A stretch of 64,000 nt of DNA from a virus. The notes under the pieces were generated by a model. The model saw nothing but the letters and a program-made list of their open reading frames with translations, ran no database searches and was not told the DNA's origin. The DNA is taken from positions 64,001-128,000 of IMG/VR virus record IMGVR_UViG_3300042330_000875; one strand, given 5' to 3'. Below, piece by piece: positions 38,702 to 48,370 of the stretch. The position numbers and the translations under genes are program-made. Numbering within the stretch: position 1 is the stretch's first letter; the number at the start of each line of letters is the position of its first letter.

Positions 38702-39380
38702 TTTAATTAAAAAGAATACAAAATATTATGAGTACATAATTCGTACAGTCGTTCCATTAACAGATGAAAATATCGATTGTTTGGCTGAATGTTATCGTCG
38801 TTTTCATTTATTAGAAATAGAAGGACCAAACGAAACAATTTTTCAAGATAAACCTTTGGATTTTTATGAATTAGGACCAAGCAAAGTTTGGTGGATTAAA
38901 ATTAAAACCAATTTACCTGCAAGTTTAACAGCATTGCATGAATTAACAAAAAATGCATTAAAAGTTGTAGAACGCCAAGTGGTTGTTCGTAGTGCAATTG
39001 GGTTTGATGAAATAACAGTTGAACAAGATTTAATTAATACAGAAATAGATGCTGAAAGTGATCGATTAAAATTATTTCAAGAACCATTAACTGCAAATGA
39101 ATTTGATTACGCTCCTGAAAAAAATATTCCTAATTCACCTGAATACTTAAAACAATTATTTTACAAACATCAAAAAGAACGTAGTGAACAAATTGATAAA
39201 ATTGAATTACCAAATAAAATGTTTGTTTGGTTGAAAATTCCAGAATTAGAAATTGAAGTTCCAGAAAATCCTGAGATTGATGTTAATGTAACAAATGTTG
39301 GGAATTTAACCGATAAACTTTCAGTTAAAAAAAGATTTTACGATCCATTAACTGGAAAATTAAAAGAATTAGGAGATTAA
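38688..39380 (+). CDS. Hypothetical protein
   Basis: 230-aa ORF in late operon. Confidence 0.7.
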   Translation: MKLSDLIKKNTKYYEYIIRTVVPLTDENIDCLAECYRRFHLLEIEGPNETIFQDKPLDFYELGPSKVWWIKIKTNLPASLTALHELTKNALKVVERQVVVRSAIGFDEITVEQDLINTEIDAESDRLKLFQEPLTANEFDYAPEKNIPNSPEYLKQLFYKHQKERSEQIDKIELPNKMFVWLKIPELEIEVPENPEIDVNVTNVGNLTDKLSVKKRFYDPLTGKLKELGD

Positions 39381-39383
39381 AAA

Positions 39384-39887
39384 ATGTTTAAACAACCACC
39401 AGCTTATGATAGTTTTTCTGATAAAAAAACACAACCTAAAACAAAGCAAATTCCTTGGGGATCAGCTAATAATCCGTTAGCAGAAAATGATGACGAAGAT
39501 ACAATTAAAAAATTATGGGATCAATTATCTTCAAGAGGTAAAACGATAAATGATATTCTTTATGGTGATTTAAGAAATATTTTTAGTGAAACTGGATTGA
39601 AAAAATTAGAAGATAAATTTCAATGTAGTAGAAGTCAATTACATCAAAAATTAATTGACTATTTAAATTCCATGCAATTAAATGAATTCGACGGTAAACA
39701 ATTTAAAGAAGATTTTGTTTTTGAAATCGATACATTAGGTGATTTAATTATTCAAAATACTTTAACTGGTGAATCAAAAACTGTTTATGGTGAAGATGCT
39801 TTTAATTTATTAGCGATGATTGAAGAAGATGAAAGTAATCAACAAGAAATTTTAAGAAATTATTTTGAAATAGAAAAAGGGAGCTAA
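39384..39887 (+). CDS. Hypothetical protein
   Basis: AGGAG RBS; terminator near 39874-39899. Confidence 0.7.
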   Translation: MFKQPPAYDSFSDKKTQPKTKQIPWGSANNPLAENDDEDTIKKLWDQLSSRGKTINDILYGDLRNIFSETGLKKLEDKFQCSRSQLHQKLIDYLNSMQLNEFDGKQFKEDFVFEIDTLGDLIIQNTLTGESKTVYGEDAFNLLAMIEEDESNQQEILRNYFEIEKGS

Positions 39888-39901
39888 TTAGCTCCCTTTC
39901 T

Positions 39902-40180
39902 TTATCCGTATTTTAAAATTTGCATTTGTAATTCACGTTCTTCTTCTGGCGTTAATTGTGCTGAAAGTTTTCGTTTTCGTTCTTCTTGAATTCTTTGATT
40001 TTTAAGATTATCTAATTCTTGTTTAATATCGATATTTTTAAAACTATCATTGTTTTGAATAATAGTTAACAAATCATTAACGGTTTCAGTCAACTCATTG
40101 ATTGTTTTCGTTGTTTTGTCATTGTCGTGTTGTTGAGCCATCCAAGCAATTTCTGCTGAAATTGGGTTCGAATGGTCCAT
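39902..40180 (-). CDS. Hypothetical protein
   Basis: Driven by promoter cassette; ends ELQMQILKYG (tail-B-like). Confidence 0.7.
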   Translation of the reverse strand: MDHSNPISAEIAWMAQQHDNDKTTKTINELTETVNDLLTIIQNNDSFKNIDIKQELDNLKNQRIQEERKRKLSAQLTPEEERELQMQILKYG

Positions 40181-40210
40181 TTTTAATTACTCCTGTTTCC
40201 ATTTCGATAA

Positions 40211-40343
40211 ACCCAATATAGAAAATTTTCTGGTCTTTGTCAAGCGCTTTTTCAAATTTAATTTTTGTTAAGTTGCAGTTGTGTGAACTCTCTTAATTTT
40301 GTGAGGTTTTCTGCGGCTCTCCATGAATAGAAAATATATTAGA
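40211..40343 (-). repeat. Promoter-cassette repeat copy 2 (intact)
   Basis: ~135-bp similarity to 44691-44823 and to the split copy. Confidence 0.9.
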
Positions 40344-40352
40344 AATGTGAAA

Positions 40353-40664
40353 TTATGTGTATTTTAGCAACATTTCAACCTGAAAAGCATTATCTTGATT
40401 TGGATGTGCCATTAACCAATCATAAATGTTTCTATAATATACTCCATTTAGCCAAAATTCTTTATTGCCTTTTGGACGAATTAATGCTGGTCCGGTTAAT
40501 CGATGACAAATTTGACCTTTTAAATACCAAATTTTATATTCAGAATTTAACTCTTCAATTGCTGGGACATTTTCATTTGGTGAAGAAATATTATTCCTAG
40601 GTATTTTATGCCAATTGTCCTCGGTTGTAAATTTTTCACCATCTATATAATAAATAAATGTCAT
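40353..40664 (-). CDS. HRLTGPA-family paralog copy 12 (tail B)
   Basis: Ends HPNQDNAFQVEMLLKYT. Confidence 0.9.
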   Translation of the reverse strand: MTFIYYIDGEKFTTEDNWHKIPRNNISSPNENVPAIEELNSEYKIWYLKGQICHRLTGPALIRPKGNKEFWLNGVYYRNIYDWLMAHPNQDNAFQVEMLLKYT

Positions 40665-41512
40665 TTTTGCTCCATTATTTTTTTAGTTAGTCTTAAAATT
40701 TGTTTTACACCAAGGCCATGTTTATATATGTTATTTGTTTTAAAATTAGTTTCTTCTTTATCCAAATATATTTTATTAATTTTAACAGAAAATGTTTTTT
40801 CATAAAGGTCAACTAATTCTTCAATAGAAATATTTTCATTATTAGCCAAATCAAACGTTGTGTTTCTAATATAACTATCCATTTCAAATTGTTTCATTAA
40901 ATCATTAATATAAACGAAATTTTTTACACCAGAATTATTTTTAGGAATAAAAAATTCTTTATTTTTCAAATCTGCATTTATTAATGTTGGGATCAATTGA
41001 TTTTGATTCATTGTATCAACAAGGTTATTATAACAACCAGCAATATTATAAAGACGATAAATTTTATAATTTATTTTTTGATAAAATATTTTTAATAAGT
41101 CTTCTGCTGCTAATTTTGTTTCGCCATATGGTGATAATTTTTCTTCATAAACATAACATGTACTTGGTAAAATAAAATCAATTTTTTTATTTTTAAATTT
41201 GTTTAAAAAATTAAACAATTGATAATAATGATTGTCCCAAGTTTCTTTTGGATTTAAAATAGAATTTTTTACTGAAGGATTGCCTGCAAAATGCAAAATT
41301 TTATATAAATTTTTTATTTTATTTGTTTTTTCAATAAATCTGTGATCGTCAAAACTCATTTGAAAAAATTCATCTAAAGAATTTTTAACAAAATGATTTT
41401 TTGGTTCATTTAAATCACAACCAATTATTTTATAATTTTGTTTTTTAAAATAATAAGCGGCATGTGATCCAATGTATCCTGAACAGCCTGTTATAATGAT
41501 AGTTTTATGCAT
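40661..41512 (-). CDS. NAD-dependent epimerase/dehydratase (GalE-like)
   Basis: TGCSGYIGSH, HFAG, YGETK, RLYNIAG. Confidence 0.85.
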   Translation of the reverse strand: MHKTIIITGCSGYIGSHAAYYFKKQNYKIIGCDLNEPKNHFVKNSLDEFFQMSFDDHRFIEKTNKIKNLYKILHFAGNPSVKNSILNPKETWDNHYYQLFNFLNKFKNKKIDFILPSTCYVYEEKLSPYGETKLAAEDLLKIFYQKINYKIYRLYNIAGCYNNLVDTMNQNQLIPTLINADLKNKEFFIPKNNSGVKNFVYINDLMKQFEMDSYIRNTTFDLANNENISIEELVDLYEKTFSVKINKIYLDKEETNFKTNNIYKHGLGVKQILRLTKKIMEQK

Positions 41513-41822
41513 TTTGTAATAAGAATAAAACTTTATCTGTTTTAGATCGCCAAAATACTTTACATGTAATTCCTGGATTTTTACAAATGTAAAATTTTAC
41601 TTTGCCATATTTTTGTAATTTTTTAATTTTGTTAGCGTATAAAGAATTATACATTTCTGAATAATAATTATGTTGTTTAATGTATCTTACAAGCCATTTA
41701 TTATTATAATAAACAAAGTAATTATCATTAGAAAATTTTATTTTGTTATGAATAATAATTTCATCATTAACAATATCAAAATAAGAATAATAGTTTGGTT
41801 TAAATTTTAATTTATATTTCAT
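41505..41822 (-). CDS. Hypothetical protein with C-terminal tag (tandem paralog)
   Basis: Ends FWRSKTDKVLFLLQNA. Confidence 0.7.
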   Translation of the reverse strand: MKYKLKFKPNYYSYFDIVNDEIIIHNKIKFSNDNYFVYYNNKWLVRYIKQHNYYSEMYNSLYANKIKKLQKYGKVKFYICKNPGITCKVFWRSKTDKVLFLLQNA

Positions 41823-41825
41823 ATT

Positions 41826-42167
41826 TTAACCTTGTTGCAATAAAAATAAAACTTTATCTGTTTTAGATCGCCAAAATATTTTAGCATAACAAACATGAGG
41901 AAATTCATCTTCAATTACTTTTTGATATAATTTTATTTTTCCATGTTTCTTACATAATTCTGTATTTATTAATAAAACATTAAATATCTCTTCAAAATCA
42001 ATCTTGTTATGAGAATAACATAATAAAATTTTCTTTAGCAATGTATTATAATGTTGTATATTTTTAAATGGTAAATCTATAATCTTATTATATTGAATAT
42101 TTCGAGAATATTCTGTTGTAACAAATGAAAAACCAGAATATAATTTTCTCTTTATTTTATATTTCAT
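41826..42167 (-). CDS. Hypothetical protein with C-terminal tag (tandem paralog)
   Basis: Ends FWRSKTDKVLFLLQQG. Confidence 0.7.
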   Translation of the reverse strand: MKYKIKRKLYSGFSFVTTEYSRNIQYNKIIDLPFKNIQHYNTLLKKILLCYSHNKIDFEEIFNVLLINTELCKKHGKIKLYQKVIEDEFPHVCYAKIFWRSKTDKVLFLLQQG

Positions 42168-42364
42168 TCAAACGTCCATTCAATAAATTTTTTCTTTTTA
42201 GGTAATAAAATTCCAACTATTAATTTATTATCAAACGAAACATAAAAATCTTTAACCAATTTTTCATTTTGTTTATTTTGCAAATATTCAATAACTAAAG
42301 AAGATAATCTGGTAAAATTATCTTCTTTGTTTTCATTAAAAATTTTTTCAATATCAGCCTTCAT
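42164..42364 (-). CDS. Small hypothetical protein
   Basis: Overlap-coupled ORF. Confidence 0.55.
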   Translation of the reverse strand: MKADIEKIFNENKEDNFTRLSSLVIEYLQNKQNEKLVKDFYVSFDNKLIVGILLPKKKKFIEWTFE

Positions 42365-42779
42365 AATAATCTATTTCCTTGTATCCATAAAGTAATTTTA
42401 AATTTTCAAATTCTCGATTTATATCATTTAACAATTCAGGACAATTTTCCCGTAATAGAGCTAAACCAGTACCAACCCCATCCAAAGGCCATATAATATC
42501 CAAACCCCCTTCTACGGCCTTTAAAACGCGATTAAACGCATATTCTACAGCACCTTTAATATGAGGATTATTTTGATAAATTTCAGTTGTAATATAAGCG
42601 GCCTTATCTGTACCAGGAGTTAATTTAGTAGGAATACCAATGGTATTTTTTTTGTCCCTACAAACTTTTGCTTGTCCCCCAATTCCTTTTGCCATTAAAT
42701 TATCACCGAAAATAAAAATAGCATTTGGATATTTGTTAATTTGATGGTCAGAAAACCATTTTCTTTGAATGTAAATCAT
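42354..42779 (-). CDS. Macro-like phage protein (FGDN..GxGGQA..GIPTK family)
   Basis: IFIFGDNL, GIGGQA, GIPTK, GVGTGLA. Confidence 0.55.
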   Translation of the reverse strand: MIYIQRKWFSDHQINKYPNAIFIFGDNLMAKGIGGQAKVCRDKKNTIGIPTKLTPGTDKAAYITTEIYQNNPHIKGAVEYAFNRVLKAVEGGLDIIWPLDGVGTGLALLRENCPELLNDINREFENLKLLYGYKEIDYYEG

Positions 42780-42787
42780 AATTTTTC

Positions 42788-43504
42788 CTATGTGTTTTTT
42801 AATTTGTAAAGTATTTCATCTGTTTCATTATCAAATTTATAAACTAATCCATTGGCTTTATATTGATAAGTATTATTTTGATATTCAATTAATGATAAAG
42901 AAATATACATATGTTTATCAAAACTGAAAAAATCATTTTGGACAATATCCATAACCGGTTTTGGAATATGTGGTAAATTTAAATTTAATAATGGTTCAAA
43001 ACTGTTTAATTTTGTTGAAGTTTCAAATATTTCTTTATGTTTAAATATCCGCATTATGCATTTATTTTGTGAAATATTCAGTCTTTTAACTGGTATGTTT
43101 AAAATTTCATGTGTATTATTAAAATTATATTCATCAATCATATTATTATGAAATGAAACAATAAATTCATTTTTAATTTCTTCAAAATCAGTAATTTTTT
43201 CTTTATAATGTTCATTAGTACAAAAAACAATAGGATTTTTTTCTTTTAATTTTGATAATTTTTCAAAAATAAAATTTAATTTATTGGTATAAGAATGAGT
43301 GTGTAATTCTGGACGATAACGATAGTTATAATTAACCCTTAATGAAATTAAATTTGGATGAATTGTAACATTTTGATCATATCCTGTATCTTCTCGATAT
43401 AAATTATCATTATCATGTAATGTTCCGCCGCCAATTACAAAAATAGTATCGGGATTTAAAACCAAATCTTCTTCAGTAATTAATTTATTTGTTTCATAAA
43501 TCAT
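42788..43504 (-). CDS. Hypothetical protein with C-terminal tag
   Basis: NPDTIFVIGG resembles neighbour N-terminus; ends DNETDEILYKLKNT. Confidence 0.65.
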   Translation of the reverse strand: MIYETNKLITEEDLVLNPDTIFVIGGGTLHDNDNLYREDTGYDQNVTIHPNLISLRVNYNYRYRPELHTHSYTNKLNFIFEKLSKLKEKNPIVFCTNEHYKEKITDFEEIKNEFIVSFHNNMIDEYNFNNTHEILNIPVKRLNISQNKCIMRIFKHKEIFETSTKLNSFEPLLNLNLPHIPKPVMDIVQNDFFSFDKHMYISLSLIEYQNNTYQYKANGLVYKFDNETDEILYKLKNT

Positions 43505-43508
43505 AATC

Positions 43509-44015
43509 TTACCTTTTAACTTCTAAAATATTAATAAAGCCTTCTTGTTTAGAAGGAGCGTTATAAGATTTAGCCATATTTTCAATTACATGATTGGGAA
43601 TAACTTTACTGCCGTTAGTTTCTTTTTCACGTTTTGCCAATTGCTGTTTGAGAATTTGATCATTAACAATAACATTAACTGCATATTTATTATAATCATT
43701 GGGAATTTGTGCAATTTTACCTTTACGAGATTTAACACTCATATTTGTTTGGTTCCAAATGATATTATCGCCATTGGCAATTGCTGTTTGAAGACGACGA
43801 TCAAATTCTTTTTGCACTTTTTTAAAAGGCAAATCTTTAAATGCTTGGGAATATGAAATATTGTTTTTTTTAGCATACTCTTCAAAAATATCATCGGTAC
43901 TTAATACCACAATATTTTTTGTAAAAGTCTTATTGGTAATAAATTGTTCAATCCAATAATCTTTGCCAGAACCCGGCAAACCAATCATCATAATGAAAAA
44001 TTTTTCATTAAACAT
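43509..44015 (-). CDS. P-loop polynucleotide-kinase-like protein
   Basis: GLPGSGKD, LSTDD, IWNQTN, VIPNHVI. Confidence 0.8.
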   Translation of the reverse strand: MFNEKFFIMMIGLPGSGKDYWIEQFITNKTFTKNIVVLSTDDIFEEYAKKNNISYSQAFKDLPFKKVQKEFDRRLQTAIANGDNIIWNQTNMSVKSRKGKIAQIPNDYNKYAVNVIVNDQILKQQLAKREKETNGSKVIPNHVIENMAKSYNAPSKQEGFINILEVKR

Positions 44016-44070
44016 ATTAATCTCCTTTATTAGATAAAAACCTTAACATAAAGAAAATTTATGTCAACAA

Positions 44071-44100
44071 AAAAGAGGGAAATTTAAATTTCCCTCTTTT
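44071..44100. terminator. Palindromic terminator
   Basis: Identical to 33484-33513. Confidence 0.85.
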
Positions 44101-44287
44101 ATTTTTTGATTGCACTATTAATATCATACAGATGTTGTAAAATTGGTACAGCTACATATTTTTCTGTATTAATTTTATCGAGTAAAGACTTATCAAAAGT
44201 TTCTAATACAACTTCATTTGTATCAAGTTTTTTAATAACCCAAGAAGCTGGATTATTCATATGATTTTTTTGCCACGACGAAGACAT
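44099..44287 (-). CDS. Small hypothetical protein
   Basis: AAGGAG RBS. Confidence 0.65.
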   Translation of the reverse strand: MSSSWQKNHMNNPASWVIKKLDTNEVVLETFDKSLLDKINTEKYVAVPILQHLYDINSAIKK

Positions 44288-44347
44288 TATTATTTCTCCT
44301 TGTGTTGAAAATTAAAAATAACACACAGATATTAATAGTCAAGACGA

Positions 44348-44662
44348 TTATAATTTAATATGTAAATTAATTTGCCTTGATCCTTCATATTCATAATCGA
44401 TCCAATTTAATGAAGCCTTATATCCAGCCTGATTAAGTCGTTCGACCACAATATCAAGCATGTCTGTATTAATTGAAACATGACCTTTTAAAATCAAATC
44501 GTTTTGCCCAATATTAATAAATTCTGATTTATTTTTTAACGCGGAAACCAATTCTTTTTGAATGTTATTTAAAATACGGTTAGCATGATTTGAATTTTGA
44601 ATTTGATTCTTATTTTTCTCTTCTTCAATAATTTTAATGGTTTCTTCTTTAGATGTGAACAT
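44348..44662 (-). CDS. Hypothetical protein
   Basis: AAGGAG RBS; promoter cassette upstream. Confidence 0.7.
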   Translation of the reverse strand: MFTSKEETIKIIEEEKNKNQIQNSNHANRILNNIQKELVSALKNKSEFINIGQNDLILKGHVSINTDMLDIVVERLNQAGYKASLNWIDYEYEGSRQINLHIKL

Positions 44663-44690
44663 ATTAAATCTCCTTGTGTTTATCTGATTT

Positions 44691-44823
44691 ACCCAATATA
44701 GAAAATTTTCTTGTCCTTGTCAATCACTTTTTCAAATTTAATTTTTGTTAAGTTGCAGTTGAGGGAACTCTCTCAATATTTCCTTGTTTTCTGCGGCTCT
44801 TCGTGAATAACAAATTTATTAGA
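44691..44823 (-). repeat. Promoter-cassette repeat copy 3 (intact)
   Basis: TTGACA-17-TATATT plus conserved ~100-bp upstream block. Confidence 0.9.
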
Positions 44824-44922
44824 AAAGAGAATTTATAGGTATCTATTACGCGTATTAAGGTTTAAATTTATCACTTGTCTTTTTGAGATTTTATGTTATA
44901 GGATATTATTAAGGAGTAAATT

Positions 44923-45186
44923 ATGTATGAACATTTAAGCAATTATTTTTATAAAATATTTCATTATAAAAAAGATTTAAGATTATTAAAACAAAAGATA
45001 AAAGATTCTCGTATCAGAACCTTTAAATTAATGTATGGTGAAATTAGAATAATTTATGAATTTAAAGTGATGACTATATATTATATTTTACCTAATAATA
45101 TGATACCAGTTATAGTTGTAGATAGAATTTATGATATTAATTTATTTCGAGTATTTTTGTCTTATTTGTTATTGGAGTTAAAATGA
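44923..45186 (+). CDS. Hypothetical protein
   Basis: AAGGAG RBS; resembles next ORF (YFYKIF / FYYRLF, RIYD / KIYD). Confidence 0.6.
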   Translation: MYEHLSNYFYKIFHYKKDLRLLKQKIKDSRIRTFKLMYGEIRIIYEFKVMTIYYILPNNMIPVIVVDRIYDINLFRVFLSYLLLELK

Positions 45187-45479
45187 ATATTTTTAGAAAA
45201 TTTTATTATAGATTATTTGTTTATCCAAAACAAGTTAAGAAATTAAGAAAAAATAAACTATCACGTTATTTTACAATTAATAATTTATTGATATGGATTG
45301 ATAATCAATCCTTTTTTATTCTTTGTATTGAGCGTGATTTATTTTCTGTTTATTATGATAATAGTGATTTTTGGGGACAATATTTAATTTTAGGTAATAA
45401 GATTTATGATTATGATTTATGTGAAATTGTATTATCAGAAATAATCAATCAATTAGATCGAGAAAATTTAAATAAATGA
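45183..45479 (+). CDS. Hypothetical protein
   Basis: ATGA overlap. Confidence 0.6.
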   Translation: MNIFRKFYYRLFVYPKQVKKLRKNKLSRYFTINNLLIWIDNQSFFILCIERDLFSVYYDNSDFWGQYLILGNKIYDYDLCEIVLSEIINQLDRENLNK

Positions 45480-45763
45480 TGGAACAAATAAAAAAAGGTT
45501 GGCAACAATTATGGGAAGATTTTAATCGTTTAATTTCTTTTGAAGTTAATGATTTCAAAATAATAAAAATTTCACAAGATGGTGGATTAAAAGTTTATTG
45601 GAACAAAAGTGATCCTTATATCGATCAATTAACCGTTCAATTATTTGAGGAATCTTTAAAAACTTGTGAAGAAACTGGAATGATTGGTGATTTAACAGAA
45701 ATAAATGGTAAAAAATTTATTTTAAATAAAAAATTAATTAAAGAAAAATTATCTAAGATTTAA
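45476..45763 (+). CDS. Hypothetical protein
   Basis: GGLKVYW..SLKTCEETG. Confidence 0.65.
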   Translation: MMEQIKKGWQQLWEDFNRLISFEVNDFKIIKISQDGGLKVYWNKSDPYIDQLTVQLFEESLKTCEETGMIGDLTEINGKKFILNKKLIKEKLSKI

Positions 45764-45814
45764 TTGACAAAAAATATTTTTCATATATTGTAAAATTCTT
45801 TATAGGAGAATTTT

Positions 45815-46114
45815 ATGAGTAAGATTATTAATGAAGGTTTTTGGTATTCAAAATACGAACCTAATTTACCCAAACCTGTTGATAGTGGAGATTGGGCTGA
45901 AAAAGAACAATTTATTTTAAAATTAGAAAAATTACAAAATACATTATCTCCTGTTGGTTATAAAGGATGGTCAACTTGTCGTATTTGTAATTGTATGAAT
46001 GGTAGTGAAGAATATTCATATAAAAATTTTGTTTGGCCTAGCGGTTATTTGCATTACATTCGTGATCATAATGTTCATCCAAGTGATAAATTTAAAAAAT
46101 TAATTTTAGGATAA
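45815..46114 (+). CDS. Hypothetical Zn-binding protein
   Basis: YKGWSTCRIC..WPSGYLHYI..H. Confidence 0.7.
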   Translation: MSKIINEGFWYSKYEPNLPKPVDSGDWAEKEQFILKLEKLQNTLSPVGYKGWSTCRICNCMNGSEEYSYKNFVWPSGYLHYIRDHNVHPSDKFKKLILG

Positions 46115-46117
46115 ATT

Positions 46118-46858
46118 ATGTATAGTTCTGATCAAATTTTTTATCATATTTGGAATATTTTGCTTCCGGTTAAAAATCGCAGTGCTGAAACCGCAGGTAT
46201 GTTAACATTATTTGTTGATATAATTCATTATCTTGTTTATAATAAACGTTTAATTAGTGATGATTTTAGAGTTAATCCACAATATAAAAAACGTGGGTAT
46301 TCAAATAATTTACCAACAATTAGTACAAAACTTTTACATGATAAAGGTTTTAATAACAAATTTGATTTTAGTTTAGTTAATAACATTTATAAAACAAATA
46401 TTCCTGATTCATTAAAAGAATTTATTGTATTAGTTTGTGACTATTTTATTGAAAATTATCGAACTATTGGAGTTTTTAAATTAAGATTAGAATTGTCACA
46501 ACATTATCAACAATGTTTTTCTTCTTGTTATATTAAAGAACGAGTACCAAAATGGTATGAATTTTTCAGAGAAGTTGAAGAAACTGAAATTTTTGGTTGT
46601 GTTCATTTAAACCTTGAAACATTAGCAAAAGAATTTCAAAATGAAACTGATTTATCAATTTTTAAAAATAAAAAATTTAAAGAAACAACTAAAAACAATG
46701 AAGTTAATAAGAATAAAGAAACAGTTAGGCGTTTATTAAGTTTTATACGAGAAGATGCCAATCAACAAGAAGCTTTAACTGCAATTTTAAAAGTTAAAGA
46801 ATTAATGGCAAAAGAAAATAAAGATTTTGATAAAATTATATTGGAAAATTTTCAATGA
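46118..46858 (+). CDS. Hypothetical protein
   Basis: 246-aa ORF. Confidence 0.7.
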   Translation: MYSSDQIFYHIWNILLPVKNRSAETAGMLTLFVDIIHYLVYNKRLISDDFRVNPQYKKRGYSNNLPTISTKLLHDKGFNNKFDFSLVNNIYKTNIPDSLKEFIVLVCDYFIENYRTIGVFKLRLELSQHYQQCFSSCYIKERVPKWYEFFREVEETEIFGCVHLNLETLAKEFQNETDLSIFKNKKFKETTKNNEVNKNKETVRRLLSFIREDANQQEALTAILKVKELMAKENKDFDKIILENFQ

Positions 46859-47154
46859 ATATAAAAGAAAAACTATTAGAATTAGATTATAATTTATTTT
46901 CTGATCCAAATTTAAGAATTATTGAATATATGGGCGATGATACATATGAAATGTTTTCATTAGATGAATTAACAAATAGTAATTATTCTGTGTTGGGTTA
47001 TTATAATGATCATATTTTTGGTTTAGTTGCGGAACATTTAAAAGCATTAAAAATTAAACATTATGTTTTTAAATATAAAAATTTGCCCCGTCCGTTTATA
47101 TTTTATTGTTTTTTAACAAATACCGATGAAATTTTATTGAGTTTAATGAAATGA
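46855..47154 (+). CDS. Family-2 hypothetical protein with C-terminal tag
   Basis: Ends FLTNTDEILLSLMK. Confidence 0.7.
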   Translation: MNIKEKLLELDYNLFSDPNLRIIEYMGDDTYEMFSLDELTNSNYSVLGYYNDHIFGLVAEHLKALKIKHYVFKYKNLPRPFIFYCFLTNTDEILLSLMK

Positions 47155-47525
47155 ATAATTTAGAAAAATTTTTTAATAGTGATAATAAGTTTAAAAAACA
47201 TTTATCAAATCCTGATTTAGTTATTATTGATTTGATTGATCAATTAGAAGATACATTTACCAATGAACCATTAACATTTTATCGTTATCATGAACTAGTT
47301 GATACTTTTGATGAAAATAAATTTTATAATTTTGGCAAACCTTGTTCAAAATTTGATATATTTGACAGTATTAGTAATAGTAAAACTATACAACAATTTT
47401 TAAAAATGCATAATAAAAAAATTTATTATAAAACATTTAGAAAAGAAATTGATAAATGTTATCCTAAAGTTTTTTATACATTTTTAACTGATACTGAATT
47501 AGCCATTTGGGATTTGATGAAATAA
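47151..47525 (+). CDS. Family-2 hypothetical protein with C-terminal tag
   Basis: Ends FLTDTELAIWDLMK. Confidence 0.7.
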   Translation: MNNLEKFFNSDNKFKKHLSNPDLVIIDLIDQLEDTFTNEPLTFYRYHELVDTFDENKFYNFGKPCSKFDIFDSISNSKTIQQFLKMHNKKIYYKTFRKEIDKCYPKVFYTFLTDTELAIWDLMK

Positions 47526-47613
47526 TGAATAATTTACTTGAGTTGTACAAAAAGAATTTTGATTTTAAAATGTTAATTGATAACTCTTACATTTATTACA
47601 GAAAGAATAAAAA

Positions 47614-48063
47614 ATGAAAGTTTATTATGCAGATGGTAGTTGTTTAAACAATCCTGGCGTTGGCGCATGGGGTTTTACTGATTTAACCAATTCAACAGTT
47701 GGTAATGAAATTTATACAACAAATGGACGTATGGAATTAATGGCTGTAGTTGAATGTATAAATCAAATTACTGAAAACAGTACGATTTATTCTGATAGCA
47801 GTTATGTTGTAAAAGGTTTTAATGAATACATACATAAGTGGAAAAATAATACTTGGAAGAAAAAAGGTGGACCAATTAAGCATTTAGATTTATGGATGAT
47901 CGCTGACCGTAAATTAACGGAATTAAAAATTAAAAATATTTCTGTTGACGTTTGTTGGGTTAAAGGTCATGCTGATAATTATGGTAATAATTTTATTGAT
48001 CGTTTAGTTCAAGAAGAAAGTTTAAAAGTGAAAAATGGAAAATCGTTTTATATTAGAAAATAA
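47614..48063 (+). CDS. rnhA: Ribonuclease HI
   Basis: YADGSCLNNPG, TTNGRMEL, SDSSYV, WVKGHA..GN..D. Confidence 0.92.
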   Translation: MKVYYADGSCLNNPGVGAWGFTDLTNSTVGNEIYTTNGRMELMAVVECINQITENSTIYSDSSYVVKGFNEYIHKWKNNTWKKKGGPIKHLDLWMIADRKLTELKIKNISVDVCWVKGHADNYGNNFIDRLVQEESLKVKNGKSFYIRK

Positions 48064-48361
48064 TTTACAAAAATATCTAAAAAATGAAAATTATTATTTT
48101 TTATATATTGTTAAAGGTAAAGGTGTTCTTTCTAATAATGAAGAATATTTATCTGATATATTAAAATATTCTTATGATAATGTTTATTTTAATTGTGCTT
48201 GGTCTTTAATAGAAGACGAATTTAAAAATATATTGGATAAATATTTTCCAATGTTTGATATAAATAAAATTCAAAAAATTTCTTTAATTAAAGAATATTA
48301 TTTTATACCATTTATTGAATTAACTAATACCGATTATTGCATTTATAAATTACAAAATTAG
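48035..48361 (+). CDS. Family-2-like hypothetical protein with C-terminal tag
   Basis: Ends ELTNTDYCIYKLQN. Confidence 0.65.
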   Translation: MENRFILENNLQKYLKNENYYFLYIVKGKGVLSNNEEYLSDILKYSYDNVYFNCAWSLIEDEFKNILDKYFPMFDINKIQKISLIKEYYFIPFIELTNTDYCIYKLQN

Positions 48362-48370
48362 GAGAAAACA

